Source of the DNA: Deltaproteobacteria bacterium | Lineage (GTDB): Bacteria > Bdellovibrionota_C > UBA2361 > JANWWW01 | Reading direction: 5' to 3' | Assembly (NCBI GenBank): GCA_025055295.1 | Contig: JANWWW010000001.1 | Span: 1,513 to 65,512 of the forward strand | DNA: 64,000 bases | Shown here: one piece after another, positions 1 to 10,033 of the stretch | How positions within the stretch are numbered: the first letter of the stretch is position 1 | Layout of the letters: each line of letters opens with the position of its first letter | The notes under the pieces: generated by a model | The model's database searches: none | The model's input: the letters and a program-made list of their open reading frames with translations, nothing else | What the model was told of the DNA's origin: nothing | Made by a program: the position numbers and the translations under genes

Positions 1-1
1 A

Positions 2-1156
2 ACAGATTGCTATTTCATGCTAAGCATATTCAGGGAATTAGGTGGAAATTTTACGTGGTTAGACAATCAGACTTTGGGTTTAGGTTTTAGCAAGGCAAAA
101 TCCGATACTTTGCTTCTTCCTTACGTAACCGCAGTCAGAGCAAGTATATTGTTTGTTCCAGCAATTTTATTCGCTTTTGATCATTGCAAAATTTTCTTAC
201 CGGGGGGAGACTCTTTCTCTCCAAGGCCGGTTAATTACCATATGGCAATTTTCGAAGAGTTTGGGTTCAAATGCAGCTTGTCAAAGAATTATTTAAGCAT
301 AAACCGTTCCAGGCGAACACCGAACAGAGTAACGATTAATTTGCCATTTGCTTCGGTTGGAGCAACTCAGCAAGCCATTCTCATGGCTACTTTTTTCAGA
401 GTGAACACTGAAATTTTTAATGCGGCTTTCGAGCCCGAAATTTTAGATTTAATGAAATTTATAAAGAGCCTCGGCGTAAAATTTCAGGTTTTGTTTAGTC
501 GAAAGTTGATAAGGGTTTTCCCGGCTAAAAGATCAAAACCAAGGAAATCTCATATCTTCAAAGTTCAAGGTGACAGGATCGAGTTTATAACGTGGTGCAT
601 CCTCGGAGCCTTGTGTGGGGATCTGGTCAGGGTTACAGGTTACCCTGTTAAGTGGCTCAAGAGACCTTTAGAAGTTATTCACGAAACTGGAGCACGGATT
701 AAGGTGGAAAGTAAAGATACTGTCCTTGTAAAAACTCAAGGAAGAATAAAAAGGGTTTCTGTCGAATGCAAACCGTACCCTGAGTTTCCCACTGATGCCC
801 AGCCACTTCTGGCAGTTTTAGCCACACAGTGTGACGGCAATTCCACAATCACCGATACTGTTTTCCCTTCACGGTTTTCGCACTGCGAAGAGCTAAAAAA
901 AATGGGAGCACAAATTACGGTTAAAGGAAATAGCCTTACTGTAAAGGGACCAACTAAACTTCTTGGAGCGTCAGTTTTGAGCCATGATATAAGAGCGTCA
1001 GCCAGTCTGATCGTGGCTGGAATAATTGCCGAAGGTGAAACGACTGTCGACGGAATACATCACTTAAAGAGAGGTTATGAAAAATTCGATGAAAAATTGA
1101 GGTCCCTCGGCGCCAATATCTTCACGATGGAGCAGGAAGTAGATCATTTTTGTTGA
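2..1156 (+). CDS. murA: UDP-N-acetylglucosamine 1-carboxyvinyltransferase (MurA); the N-terminal ~50 aa lie outside the window
   Basis: The frame is open from nt 2. The C-terminal region reads '...DIRASASLIVAGIIAEGETTVDGIHHLKRGYEKFDEKLRSLGANI', which lines up with the E. coli MurA tail '[45 protein letters not shown]'. 'FPTDAQP' matches the MurA 'FPTDMQAQ' motif. Confidence 0.8.
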   Translation, partial: TDCYFMLSIFRELGGNFTWLDNQTLGLGFSKAKSDTLLLPYVTAVRASILFVPAILFAFDHCKIFLPGGDSFSPRPVNYHMAIFEEFGFKCSLSKNYLSINRSRRTPNRVTINLPFASVGATQQAILMATFFRVNTEIFNAAFEPEILDLMKFIKSLGVKFQVLFSRKLIRVFPAKRSKPRKSHIFKVQGDRIEFITWCILGALCGDLVRVTGYPVKWLKRPLEVIHETGARIKVESKDTVLVKTQGRIKRVSVECKPYPEFPTDAQPLLAVLATQCDGNSTITDTVFPSRFSHCEELKKMGAQITVKGNSLTVKGPTKLLGASVLSHDIRASASLIVAGIIAEGETTVDGIHHLKRGYEKFDEKLRSLGANIFTMEQEVDHFC

Positions 1157-1192
1157 AAAAACTGAAATTCGAGGTTAGAAACTTATTAAAGC

Positions 1193-2353
1193 ATGTTAAA
1201 AATTTTTGGTGAGCACCTTGTAGACCCTGAGTCCGTAAAACAGATGGAAATGGCTATGAGACTTCCCGTTACAGTTGCTGGAGCGTTAATGCCAGACAGT
1301 CATGTAGGATACGGAATACCGATAGGAGGTGTCATAGCGTTAAAAAATGCCGTAATTCCTTATGCGGTCGGAGTAGATATTGCATGCCGAGTCAAACTAA
1401 CCATTTTTAACCTTGATGAGCAATTCTTATCAAAAAATTTAGATCATCTTTCCGAAATTTTAAAGAAAAAGACTTTTTTCGGTGTTGGATGTAAAAATCC
1501 ACTCAAAGAACATCACGATGTTCTAGACGACCCACGTTGGCATGCAAGTAAATTCATTAGCAGTATCAAGGACCTTGCGCGAGATCAAATTGGAACAAGC
1601 GGATCCGGCAATCATTTTGTGGAATTTGGAACAATCACTTTTTTAAAGGACTTTGACAAGTTCAAACTGGGTCAAACATTCCTTGGGCTTGTCAGTCACA
1701 GTGGCAGTAGGGGTTTTGGGGCAAAGGTATGTCAGTACTACAGCAATATGGCTAAAAGAGTTAACCCAAAAAGCAAGGAGGCGCAGCACCTGTCCTGGCT
1801 AAACATTCCAGGGGAAGGTGAAGAATATTGGACAGCAATGTCCCTTGCGGGAGACTATGCGTCAGCAAACCATTTTTTAATACATCGTCGGATAGCAAAA
1901 GCTTTAGGTGAGGAACCGTTATTTTCGATGGAAAATCACCACAATTTCGCGTGGAAAGAAAAAATAGGAGAGCAAGAGCTAATAGTTCACCGTAAAGGGG
2001 CAACACCGGCTGGAAAAGGTCAACTTGGATACATTCCTGGCACTATGGCCGATCCGGGATTCCTAGTTGTTGGCAAGGGAAATCCTTTATCACTTAATTC
2101 AAGCGCTCACGGAGCAGGAAGAGTCATGTCAAGAAGAAAAGCAAAAGCCGAGTTGCGTTATGAACGAGATGTGCTTGAAAAATCCGCAAGATGCGGAGTA
2201 CGGGTGATACGAGCCGGAAGAGACGAAAGCCCGCTGGTATATAAGAATATCCGCGATGTGATGAACGCTCAGTTTGATTGTGTTGAAATCATAGCTGAGT
2301 TCCACCCTCGATTGGTAATGATGGCTGGAGAGGACGAAGAACCTGAGGATTAG
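1193..2353 (+). CDS. rtcB: RtcB-family RNA-splicing ligase (short form, 386 aa)
   Basis: It has 'ALMPDSHVGYGIPIGGV', which resembles the RtcB MPDxHxGYGxxIGGV metal-binding motif. It also has 'GSGNHF', 'HHNF' and 'SSAHGAGRVMSR' (the NHGAGR catalytic region). Confidence 0.7.
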   Translation: MLKIFGEHLVDPESVKQMEMAMRLPVTVAGALMPDSHVGYGIPIGGVIALKNAVIPYAVGVDIACRVKLTIFNLDEQFLSKNLDHLSEILKKKTFFGVGCKNPLKEHHDVLDDPRWHASKFISSIKDLARDQIGTSGSGNHFVEFGTITFLKDFDKFKLGQTFLGLVSHSGSRGFGAKVCQYYSNMAKRVNPKSKEAQHLSWLNIPGEGEEYWTAMSLAGDYASANHFLIHRRIAKALGEEPLFSMENHHNFAWKEKIGEQELIVHRKGATPAGKGQLGYIPGTMADPGFLVVGKGNPLSLNSSAHGAGRVMSRRKAKAELRYERDVLEKSARCGVRVIRAGRDESPLVYKNIRDVMNAQFDCVEIIAEFHPRLVMMAGEDEEPED

Positions 2354-2688
2354 AAAAATATGTTTTAGTAACATATAGTCGATTCAACAAACTGGGGAAA
2401 AAACAGTAGATTGGGAAGCGGCAAACCTTTCATCGGCATCGGCAAACCAGACTGGTAATGAAAACCATCGGCTTGTTTAAAAAGTGGCACTTTTAAAAGA
2501 GTAAGCGCATTCAAAAACATTCTAATACTCCGAAACCTTTTTAAATTTCGTTGGTTATTCCTAAGTTCATAATCATTTTTCGACCTGTTCTTAATTAATG
2601 CGTACCAAGTTTAATCATACTTCAAACGATATCGCCCCATTTTACTTGATATTTGATTTATTCGAGAACTTGTCTTAAAATTTAAAAA

Positions 2689-3525
2689 ATGATGAACCAA
2701 TCACTAAAGAGCGTTCCCATGACAATTATAAATGTAATCAAAAACTCTCTTAGGCAGACCCCTCAAGTAGTTAAAAACTACAGCCGTGTAATTGCAACTT
2801 GTGGCATAGCTTTGGGATTGATGACAAATTCCGGATATACCCAAGGAACCGTGTCCGGCAAGCCCGTTGAAAGCACAAAAGTCACAACTGCTCCTAGCAA
2901 TCAAAAAGAGATTGATTTGAGAACAAGTCATCCCAATCGCGACGATCTTAATTTATCGGGAATTTCGTCTATACAAAACGTCATTGGAGGTTTTGAACGT
3001 GAGCTAAATGTTTTGGAGTATCATCTCGCGCAGTATTTTGAGAAAAATCTGCCCACTGCAAGGGACCAAGTGGTTTGGCAGGCACAATTCTTGAATGAAA
3101 AGTTTGACGAGTTTGAAAAGAACTTGAACCGTATGCTCAAAGACGCACCATCTGTAATCCAAGAACCAATGAAGGAAGAGACCAAGAGACTGATCCATCA
3201 TTGGCGAGATCTTAAAAGTGATCTTGACAACCTGCTTAATGACAACCGAAGAAAAAGACCAATAGAAGTAGAAAGTTCACTGAAGGACATGCGTTTGGCG
3301 TTGGTTCAATACAAGGACAGAACAAACATGTTCATAAATTCTTGGGAAGAGTGGAACAGACTAGACTCTTACGCAAAGCAAGCGCCTTTGGTGGCTTTAG
3401 TTGGGATTGGCTTGAGTCTATTTTTCGCTCATTCTTGTAGCCGGAGTCATCAGAAAGACGAAAAAACTCCTGAAGATACAGTTATCATTCCTATAACGCG
3501 CTCAAAATTACGTCGCTTTATCTAA
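2689..3525 (+). CDS. Hypothetical secreted or membrane-anchored coiled-coil protein
   Basis: It has an N-terminal hydrophobic segment (VIATCGIALGLM) and a central charged helical region. It has a C-terminal hydrophobic segment (APLVALVGIGLSLFF). No motif was recognised. Confidence 0.35.
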   Translation: MMNQSLKSVPMTIINVIKNSLRQTPQVVKNYSRVIATCGIALGLMTNSGYTQGTVSGKPVESTKVTTAPSNQKEIDLRTSHPNRDDLNLSGISSIQNVIGGFERELNVLEYHLAQYFEKNLPTARDQVVWQAQFLNEKFDEFEKNLNRMLKDAPSVIQEPMKEETKRLIHHWRDLKSDLDNLLNDNRRKRPIEVESSLKDMRLALVQYKDRTNMFINSWEEWNRLDSYAKQAPLVALVGIGLSLFFAHSCSRSHQKDEKTPEDTVIIPITRSKLRRFI

Positions 3526-3819
3526 ATTTATCTAAATGGTTTTCTTTTTGTTTCAAAGATTTATTAAAAGCATAACAAAAACAGCTCGGGAAATCACGCT
3601 CAAGCAAGAACTTACCGGCAAGTACTTGTATCTGAGTTTTACAAGCTTAGAATATCATAAGAACTATTATTTTTCATTGTCGAAGCAATTGTGGCAAAAC
3701 GAAATTTTTGGCAGGCCTGCTACAAAGTTTAGACGAAAAGAGATTACCAAAAGCCATTGAAAATAAGTTTTTAGCCATCTTAATACGGAATTGTGGCAAT
3801 AGATTAGAATCTTTCGACT

Positions 3820-3867
3820 TAATTTGGTCGTAGTTTGCAGCACGCTAATAATCAAACTAATTTGGTC
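3820..3867. repeat. Two copies of the direct repeat TAATTTGGTC(g/a)T, about 38 bp apart, in a non-coding region
   Basis: 'cTTAATTTGGTCg' sits at 3818-3830 and 'aCTAATTTGGTCa' at 3856-3868. Both were read directly from the sequence. Confidence 0.3.
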
Positions 3868-4074
3868 ATCTTGTTGGACTTAACCATTAAACACATTCAG
3901 TAAGAGGACCACTAAATATACCGCTTGTTATCCAAAAAAACCCTTGCTTTAGAGCCTAAAAAAATCAAACTTTTGGCCGGTCATCAAATCAGAAAACTGA
4001 GTTTCAACAAGTGTAACATTAAAATTTTTCGACGGCTCAATAAATTCTGTTGCGTTTACTTGGTAATTAGTATT

Positions 4075-5490
4075 TCATCTAAAATCCTTTATGTTTATTC
4101 CGAATTTTTTGTACTCGGCAAGTTTGTTTCGCAAAGTACGTGAACTAACACCAAGGATTTCTGCCGCTTTCGATTGGTTACCGTTTGTGTGTTTTAAGGT
4201 AGCCAAGATCAAAGTTCGTTCAACTTCTTCCAAACTCATTCCAACTTCAAGAATTATTTTCTTTCCATCACTTGACGGCAACTGATCAATGACAGGCGAA
4301 ATTTGCTCGATATCGATTGTTTCTATTTCAACATTAAAACTTTGTAAATCATTTTGAAAGAAAATTTCGGGGGAGAGTTTGCCCCCTGCATGAAGAAGCA
4401 CACTTGCCCTTTCGCACGCGTTCTGCAGCTCTCTGACATTTCCCGGCCAGTCATAATTTACAAGTGCCTCAATCAAGGCCTGATCCGTAACTCTTACATC
4501 TTTTTTAAATTTTCTGAGAAAATGCTCCAATAGAATTGGTATGTCGTCCTTTCTTTCCCTAAGTGGCGGTACCTTCAAAGGAACAACATTTATTCGATAA
4601 AACAAATCCCAGCGAAATTTCCCCTCTTTGCACAAACTTAAAAGGTTTTTGTTTGTTACAGAAATTAATCTAAAGTCAACAGGAATCAACTCTGTCCCAC
4701 CTAACCTTTCAATTTTCTTTTCCTGAAGGACTCTTAAAAGCTTTACCTGAAGTGGCAGGGGCAGTTCTGATATTTCATCCAGTATGAGAGTTCCATTATG
4801 CGCAATTTCAATTTTACCTAGCTTTCGCTTATCCGCCCCCGTGAAGGCTCCCTTTTCAAAACCAAAAAGTTCAGACTCTAAAAGATTTTCAGGAATAGCG
4901 CCACAATTAATTATCACACATGGGCCTTGATGTCGATGGCTCATGGCATGGATTGCTCTGGCTAAAACCTCTTTGCCTACTCCAGACTCGCCTTCGATCA
5001 AAACAGAGCAATCGCTAGGAGCAACCAGTTCACAAATCCGTAAAAGATTAATCATTTTATCGTTTTGCGTGACAACGGGAACACCCACATCCTTGAGCGG
5101 AACACACTGTCGCTTATTCCATTTCAGGCTGCTCTCTATTGATCTCTCAAGCTCCGGCAGACTAAAAGGTTTCTGAATAAAATCATCTGCCCCCTCTTTC
5201 ATGGCCTCAACAGCGCTCTCAACACTTCCAAAGGCAGTGATAACAATAACGTAGACTGAAGGATTTTTTTGCTTGACCACCTTCAATAGGCTAATCCCAT
5301 CAACACCGGGAAGCCGTTGATCCGTTACTAAAACATCTATTTTCCTTCCACTTTCTACAATGTCAAGAGCCTTTTCAGCTGTATCCGCCTCTAAGACAAC
5401 CCATTTTTCTTTTAAACACTCAATTAAAGACGACCTCAAAACGGGATCGTCTTCAACGATTAGAACTTGCTTCATTTTTGAAAAAAACAA
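4075..5490 (-). CDS. Sigma-54-dependent two-component response regulator (NtrC/Fis family, with REC, AAA+ and HTH domains)
   Basis: It has an N-terminal receiver ('VLIVEDDPVLR...VLVTDQRLPGVDG'). It has an AAA+ core with Walker A 'GESGVGKE', the sigma-54 contact 'GAFTGA' and 'NVRELQN'. It has a C-terminal Fis-type HTH ('KAAEILGVSSRTLRNKL'). Confidence 0.85.
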   Translation of the reverse strand: MFFSKMKQVLIVEDDPVLRSSLIECLKEKWVVLEADTAEKALDIVESGRKIDVLVTDQRLPGVDGISLLKVVKQKNPSVYVIVITAFGSVESAVEAMKEGADDFIQKPFSLPELERSIESSLKWNKRQCVPLKDVGVPVVTQNDKMINLLRICELVAPSDCSVLIEGESGVGKEVLARAIHAMSHRHQGPCVIINCGAIPENLLESELFGFEKGAFTGADKRKLGKIEIAHNGTLILDEISELPLPLQVKLLRVLQEKKIERLGGTELIPVDFRLISVTNKNLLSLCKEGKFRWDLFYRINVVPLKVPPLRERKDDIPILLEHFLRKFKKDVRVTDQALIEALVNYDWPGNVRELQNACERASVLLHAGGKLSPEIFFQNDLQSFNVEIETIDIEQISPVIDQLPSSDGKKIILEVGMSLEEVERTLILATLKHTNGNQSKAAEILGVSSRTLRNKLAEYKKFGINIKDFR

Positions 5491-6244
5491 TTTGAACCCA
5501 CGCCCAGATTTCAGACTTAGTTTCGATATTTTGCAGCCTTAAGTAACCACCGTGAGCAACTACAAGCTCATTTACAACACTGAGGCCTAGTCCTGTTCCC
5601 CTCGAGAAATAAGACCGAAACGGTTTGATCGAGTCCGTTGTGTAACCGTCCGGAAATCCCCCCCCGTTGTCAACTATATTAAGAATGACTTTGTCTTCGT
5701 CGTTTTTTACATGAATTTTAATTATACGCTTCCCAAACGACACTCGTTGAACTGCTTTTAAAGAGTTACTTACCACATTGTAAGTAATTCTCTGCAGAGC
5801 TTTCTCGTCCGCATAAAGGTAACAAAAAGCTGGAGCCTCAAACTGGACCTCTACGGTCTCTAATTCGCTGACTGCATGAATTGCGCTTAAAATGGCGTCC
5901 CGAATGTTAACCAATCGCAATGTAAGTCTTCTGGCTTTGTGAAAAAACATGATATGCTCAATTATGTCATCCACGTTTTCGCACGCTGTCTCAATAATTT
6001 TCACAACTTTTGAAAGTTCCGCGTCCAATAATTTTTCCCGTAAAATTCCTGTAGCCAGTTTTATTGAACTGATGGGATTCCGAATTTCATGAGCTAATAA
6101 AGTCGCCGTTTCAGAAATCAACTCAAGTCCGTGGTCTCTGGTCACAAATGAAGTGTGATTTTCCACGTCGACTTCGTTCTCAAGTTTGTTATTGTTTTCA
6201 AAAACAGACTTTAACGTCTCATTATTCATGTTTGCCGCACTCAT
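5453..6244 (-). CDS. Soluble sensor histidine kinase (HisKA plus HATPase_c, no transmembrane segment)
   Basis: The H-box is 'LAHEIRNPISSIK'. It has the G-boxes 'DNGGGFP' and 'GTGLGLSVV'. It overlaps the downstream response regulator by 38 nt, which is consistent with translational coupling. Confidence 0.75.
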   Translation of the reverse strand: MSAANMNNETLKSVFENNNKLENEVDVENHTSFVTRDHGLELISETATLLAHEIRNPISSIKLATGILREKLLDAELSKVVKIIETACENVDDIIEHIMFFHKARRLTLRLVNIRDAILSAIHAVSELETVEVQFEAPAFCYLYADEKALQRITYNVVSNSLKAVQRVSFGKRIIKIHVKNDEDKVILNIVDNGGGFPDGYTTDSIKPFRSYFSRGTGLGLSVVNELVVAHGGYLRLQNIETKSEIWAWVQIVFFKNEASSNR

Positions 6245-6935
6245 TTAACAAGTCTTCGGTTATATTGAGCAAATCGTAATTGTTAAAAGCACGCGCCTTG
6301 AAGGCTGTTTTTAAACATGGGCTAAGCTGTTTTTGTTCAAATGTATTGTCGAGCCACGAATAAAGATTGTCTTTTACCTGAAAAATCTTTAAAGAATCCG
6401 CTAAAAGCGGCGCAATCTTTCTAATTTCCTGCGCTGAAAGATTTTTTAACAAACTGATGGCAGTCTCCAAGTCTGCGCTTTTAAGAAGAGCTTCAATTAT
6501 GATCGCGTCCGAAGCACTATCACCAATATGACCATTAGAACGAAACCAGTTAACTATCTGGTCAAAACTTCCGAGCTTTCTCAAACAAAAAAGACGAAGT
6601 CTGTTAAGATTTGCCGAAGAAACACCTAGACCCTCCAGTTCTTCAATAGCTTTGACACATTCTTCGTGCTTGGATAATCGAAAAGAAATAATGGCTTTTA
6701 AAAGCAGTGAGTGCAATCTTTCTTCATAATTTGGAACATCCATTGAATTGAGAAGCGCAAAAGCTTTAGCGTCTAAACCAAGCGAAAAGTAAGCGATGGC
6801 TTTCTTCAAAGGAGGATTACTTTCGTTTCTTAAAATATCCACTGCGGACGACATAGACATTGGAACAATCTCAATACGAATTTCCGCGATTAAAAAACTT
6901 AAAATGAAAAATGTTATCAGGCGGCCTCCTTGCAT
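6222..6935 (-). CDS. Hypothetical protein with a hydrophobic N-terminus and a helical-repeat (TPR-like) body
   Basis: The ORF overlaps both of its neighbours in the operon. No catalytic motif was recognised. Confidence 0.4.
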   Translation of the reverse strand: MQGGRLITFFILSFLIAEIRIEIVPMSMSSAVDILRNESNPPLKKAIAYFSLGLDAKAFALLNSMDVPNYEERLHSLLLKAIISFRLSKHEECVKAIEELEGLGVSSANLNRLRLFCLRKLGSFDQIVNWFRSNGHIGDSASDAIIIEALLKSADLETAISLLKNLSAQEIRKIAPLLADSLKIFQVKDNLYSWLDNTFEQKQLSPCLKTAFKARAFNNYDLLNITEDLLNECGKHE

Positions 6936-7951
6936 AATCTTTTTAGTTTTTCAATTAATGTCGTTCGGTTTATATTCAAAAACTGCGCAGCTAACGATTT
7001 GTTTCCGTTTGCTTTGTTTAAAGCTCTTAGAATTAGCTCTTTTTCTATGTCCTGAAGCAACCGTTGAAGATCGATACCATCTAACTCCCAAACCCCAGTT
7101 ATTTTATTGAAAAGGTCATTAACATTCTGTTCTTCGGGTGTCATATCACCTGTTTCCATTTCCTCTAAAGTTATATCGGCGACATTTTGCGCCGCTACCG
7201 TCTCTAAGACGTGTCTCGGAAGATCATTCACGGTAACCATATCTCCCTCAGCTAAAAGAACAACCCGTTCAAGAATATTTTGCAGTTCTCTAACATTCCC
7301 TCGAAAATCGTAGCGTGACAAGACTGACACAAATTCGGGACTGAGTTTAAGGCTTCTTGAGTATTTTCTGCAGAATTTATCAAAAAAATGCCTACACAAA
7401 ACAGGTATATCTTCCCGTCTTTCTCTAAGAGGAGGCAGCTCTACGTGCACAACATCCAACCGATACAAAAGATCTTCCCGAAATGTGCCGTTCTTAACTT
7501 CCAAGTGCAAATTTTTGTTTGTTGCCACAACAAGCCTAACATCAATCTTTTCATCAGTAGAGCTACCCACTTTCTGAACACTTTTTTCCTGTATAATCCT
7601 TAAAAGCTTCGCTTGCAGCCTATAACTCATGTCCCCGATCTCATCCAAGAACAGAGTCCCCCCATGAGCAGATTGAAACTTTCCTTCGCGAGTGGTTGTA
7701 GCACCTGTGAATGCTCCTTTAACATACCCAAAAAGTTCCGATTCCAGTATATCCTCTGGTATTGCAGCACAGTTTAGACCTATGAAAGCACCCCTTCTCC
7801 CTGAGAGTCTATGAATAGCCCTTGCAATCAACTCTTTTCCTGTTCCACTTTCACCCGTAATAAGTACGGTGGCGTCCGATGGTGCCACTCGTTCTATCAT
7901 TTGACAAATCTTTTTCATTTTGCTTGATACTGTAACAATACCCTCAAACAT
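6917..7951 (-). CDS. Sigma-54-dependent transcriptional activator that lacks a receiver or sensory domain (AAA+ plus HTH only, PspF/HrpS-like architecture)
   Basis: The protein opens directly into the AAA+ domain ('SDATVLITGESGTGKE'). It has 'GAFTGA', 'NVRELQN' and a C-terminal Fis HTH ('SLAAQFLNINRTTLIEKL'). It is 344 aa. Confidence 0.8.
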   Translation of the reverse strand: MFEGIVTVSSKMKKICQMIERVAPSDATVLITGESGTGKELIARAIHRLSGRRGAFIGLNCAAIPEDILESELFGYVKGAFTGATTTREGKFQSAHGGTLFLDEIGDMSYRLQAKLLRIIQEKSVQKVGSSTDEKIDVRLVVATNKNLHLEVKNGTFREDLLYRLDVVHVELPPLRERREDIPVLCRHFFDKFCRKYSRSLKLSPEFVSVLSRYDFRGNVRELQNILERVVLLAEGDMVTVNDLPRHVLETVAAQNVADITLEEMETGDMTPEEQNVNDLFNKITGVWELDGIDLQRLLQDIEKELILRALNKANGNKSLAAQFLNINRTTLIEKLKRLCKEAA

Positions 7952-7984
7952 GCCTTTTACCTAAAGTTCTAGCAAATTAACCTA

Positions 7985-10033
7985 TTAAGTTAATTGTCCG
8001 TCAAAATCGCCGTTTGAATGAATTGATCCTAACTTAGACCATAAATCCATAACTTCCTTGTTTTCAGAGTCTAGCTCAATAAAACGCTTTACCCATACTT
8101 TCGCTTCCTCGTAGTCACCAGCCCGTATCAAGAGGTCGGTCAATCCCAAGATTGCCCTAAGATTTATAGGATTAACTCTAAGAGCTTTCTTGTAAAACTC
8201 TCTCGCTGAGTTGACATCCCCATCGAACTCCGCCAGAAGCCCCAATCCAGCCCATGCAAGATCGAGGTTTGGATCTAACTCTACCGCTCGGCTAAAATGT
8301 TTTCTACTTGCCTCCAGGTCTTCCCGAAGAAGAGCTACTGTCCCCTTGATACCCAGCCACCTTGCGTTATCCGGAAAAGTATATTCAAAGTATTGATAAT
8401 TTGTGTCAAAAAATTTTAACTCGCCCAGTAAAACCTTTAATTCAACCATCAAAAACTGAATTTTTTCTAAAATATCAGTCGGTAAATTTTTGTCATACAC
8501 CTCAACTAGAACTTCAAACGCTTTGGAATAATCGCCGTGTCGTTTTAATTTTTCAGCCATTCTAATCTTTTCTTCAACGTTATCATCACTCATCTTTTCC
8601 GCAACTATTAACAGCTCGTTGTCTTCCTGGGTTTCATCCGCGCCATTTGCGCTATTTTCTACTGGAATATTATTGGAAGATGTAGAGGTTTTCTCCATGA
8701 TCAAACTCCTTAAAACGTTAGCTGACTCGTAGTCCGGTTTCCTTTTAGCTATTTCATCGAGAATCATTAACGATGCTCCATAATCCTCGCTTTTATAAAG
8801 CAATCCTGCCAAAGTAAAACACAAGTCAATATTCTCATAGTTCGTCCTTTCAAGATAATTTCGTAAGGCCGAGATGGCTCTATCAAATCTATTTGTTCGG
8901 TAAGCTAACTCGACCAATTTAAAAAGCGGCACAAGCGGTTGTGACGAGTTATCAATGCTTCTGGCAAAAAATTCTTCTGCTTTCTCAAAATGTCCTTGTT
9001 CCATCAACATGATGCCGACTGCACAAATTGTTTTGGGGTTGTCGGGTTCAAAAACGTAGCTTTCAAGAAGCCACTGCTTTGCCTCATCGACTTTTCCTTG
9101 ACTCAATAAGATAAGTCCTAATGCTCGCCTCAAGCGAGCCGAGGATTTGTTGGTTTCAAGCTCACTAAGCAACAGTTTGATCGAGCCCTCAAAGTCTCCT
9201 TTCCCAACAAGTTCCTCCACCAAATCAATAATTTCTTCCTCGTTTTTCCTGTTCATATTCAAATCAGTTCTAATGGTTTCTTCAAGGTTTCCTGAAAATT
9301 GAATTACACTAGCTTCTTTGTTTAGCCCCAAAGATTTTGATAAAGTTGCGCAGGAAAACTGACAATAAGGCTTAAAATAATAAGGCACATCGTTTAAGTA
9401 CTCATAAGAACAACCGTAACAACTGGTTACAATTTTTCTTCCCAGAGCGCACGACAATAACTCGACGAGTGGGAAGCTTGTTTCAATCGCTGGATTGACA
9501 ACGATAAGCGATTCTTTTATACGACAAATTAAGTCGTCTATGGTTTGAACGTAAAAAGATGGTCTTTCAAATTTTGCGTCAATTTCATCTAATAGAACTA
9601 TTGTTGCAGTTTGCGCTCTCTCACAGATTAAGTCGACAAGTTTTCTATCAAACTCCCACGGTCCCAAAACCAGAAGGAAATCATTCACAGGCTTGTGCGG
9701 ATGCTCTTTTAAAGCTTTTTGGAACAAAGTAAAACTTCTTAAATCGTACACGGAACACCAAGATTTTTTGAAATCGAACGTTATTTTCTTTGCGGCTACC
9801 TCCTGAAACCACTTGTAAAGCTTCGGGTTAGATATGAACCTTGAACCGATATGGCAGTCAACTACAACGGAAGGTGTAAAATCAGGCGGAGTAACTTCGT
9901 GTACCTCGGTTATCACATACCAGTTAGGGTCTGTACGTAAAGGCAAATCATTGGTTCGACCAAAGCACTTTTCGAGGAAGGAAGATATTATTGGAACTGA
10001 TCTTGAGAATAAATACTGATTTCTATTTGTCAT
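7985..10033 (-). CDS. Large TPR-repeat protein (682 aa) with a non-TPR N-terminal domain of roughly 250 aa
   Basis: The C-terminal two-thirds carry multiple TPR-like helical repeats ('...AWAGLGLLAEFDGDVNSAREFYKKALRVNP...'). The N-terminal domain, 'CYGCSYEYLNDVPYYFKPYCQ...', is of unknown function. Confidence 0.6.
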   Translation of the reverse strand: MTNRNQYLFSRSVPIISSFLEKCFGRTNDLPLRTDPNWYVITEVHEVTPPDFTPSVVVDCHIGSRFISNPKLYKWFQEVAAKKITFDFKKSWCSVYDLRSFTLFQKALKEHPHKPVNDFLLVLGPWEFDRKLVDLICERAQTATIVLLDEIDAKFERPSFYVQTIDDLICRIKESLIVVNPAIETSFPLVELLSCALGRKIVTSCYGCSYEYLNDVPYYFKPYCQFSCATLSKSLGLNKEASVIQFSGNLEETIRTDLNMNRKNEEEIIDLVEELVGKGDFEGSIKLLLSELETNKSSARLRRALGLILLSQGKVDEAKQWLLESYVFEPDNPKTICAVGIMLMEQGHFEKAEEFFARSIDNSSQPLVPLFKLVELAYRTNRFDRAISALRNYLERTNYENIDLCFTLAGLLYKSEDYGASLMILDEIAKRKPDYESANVLRSLIMEKTSTSSNNIPVENSANGADETQEDNELLIVAEKMSDDNVEEKIRMAEKLKRHGDYSKAFEVLVEVYDKNLPTDILEKIQFLMVELKVLLGELKFFDTNYQYFEYTFPDNARWLGIKGTVALLREDLEASRKHFSRAVELDPNLDLAWAGLGLLAEFDGDVNSAREFYKKALRVNPINLRAILGLTDLLIRAGDYEEAKVWVKRFIELDSENKEVMDLWSKLGSIHSNGDFDGQLT

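Noticed and set aside
1761-2374. 81-aa antisense ORFs inside rtcB, together with many similar 60-110 aa ORFs nested antisense in larger genes
   Set aside because: They lie entirely within well-supported longer genes on the opposite strand and have low-complexity AT-driven composition. They are most likely spurious.
2478-2510. TGGCAC hexamer upstream of the 2689 gene, considered as a sigma-54 -24 element
   Set aside because: There is no GC dinucleotide at the required 10-nt spacing. The downstream sequence is TTTTAAAAGAG and not TTGCA, so the GG-N10-GC rule fails.
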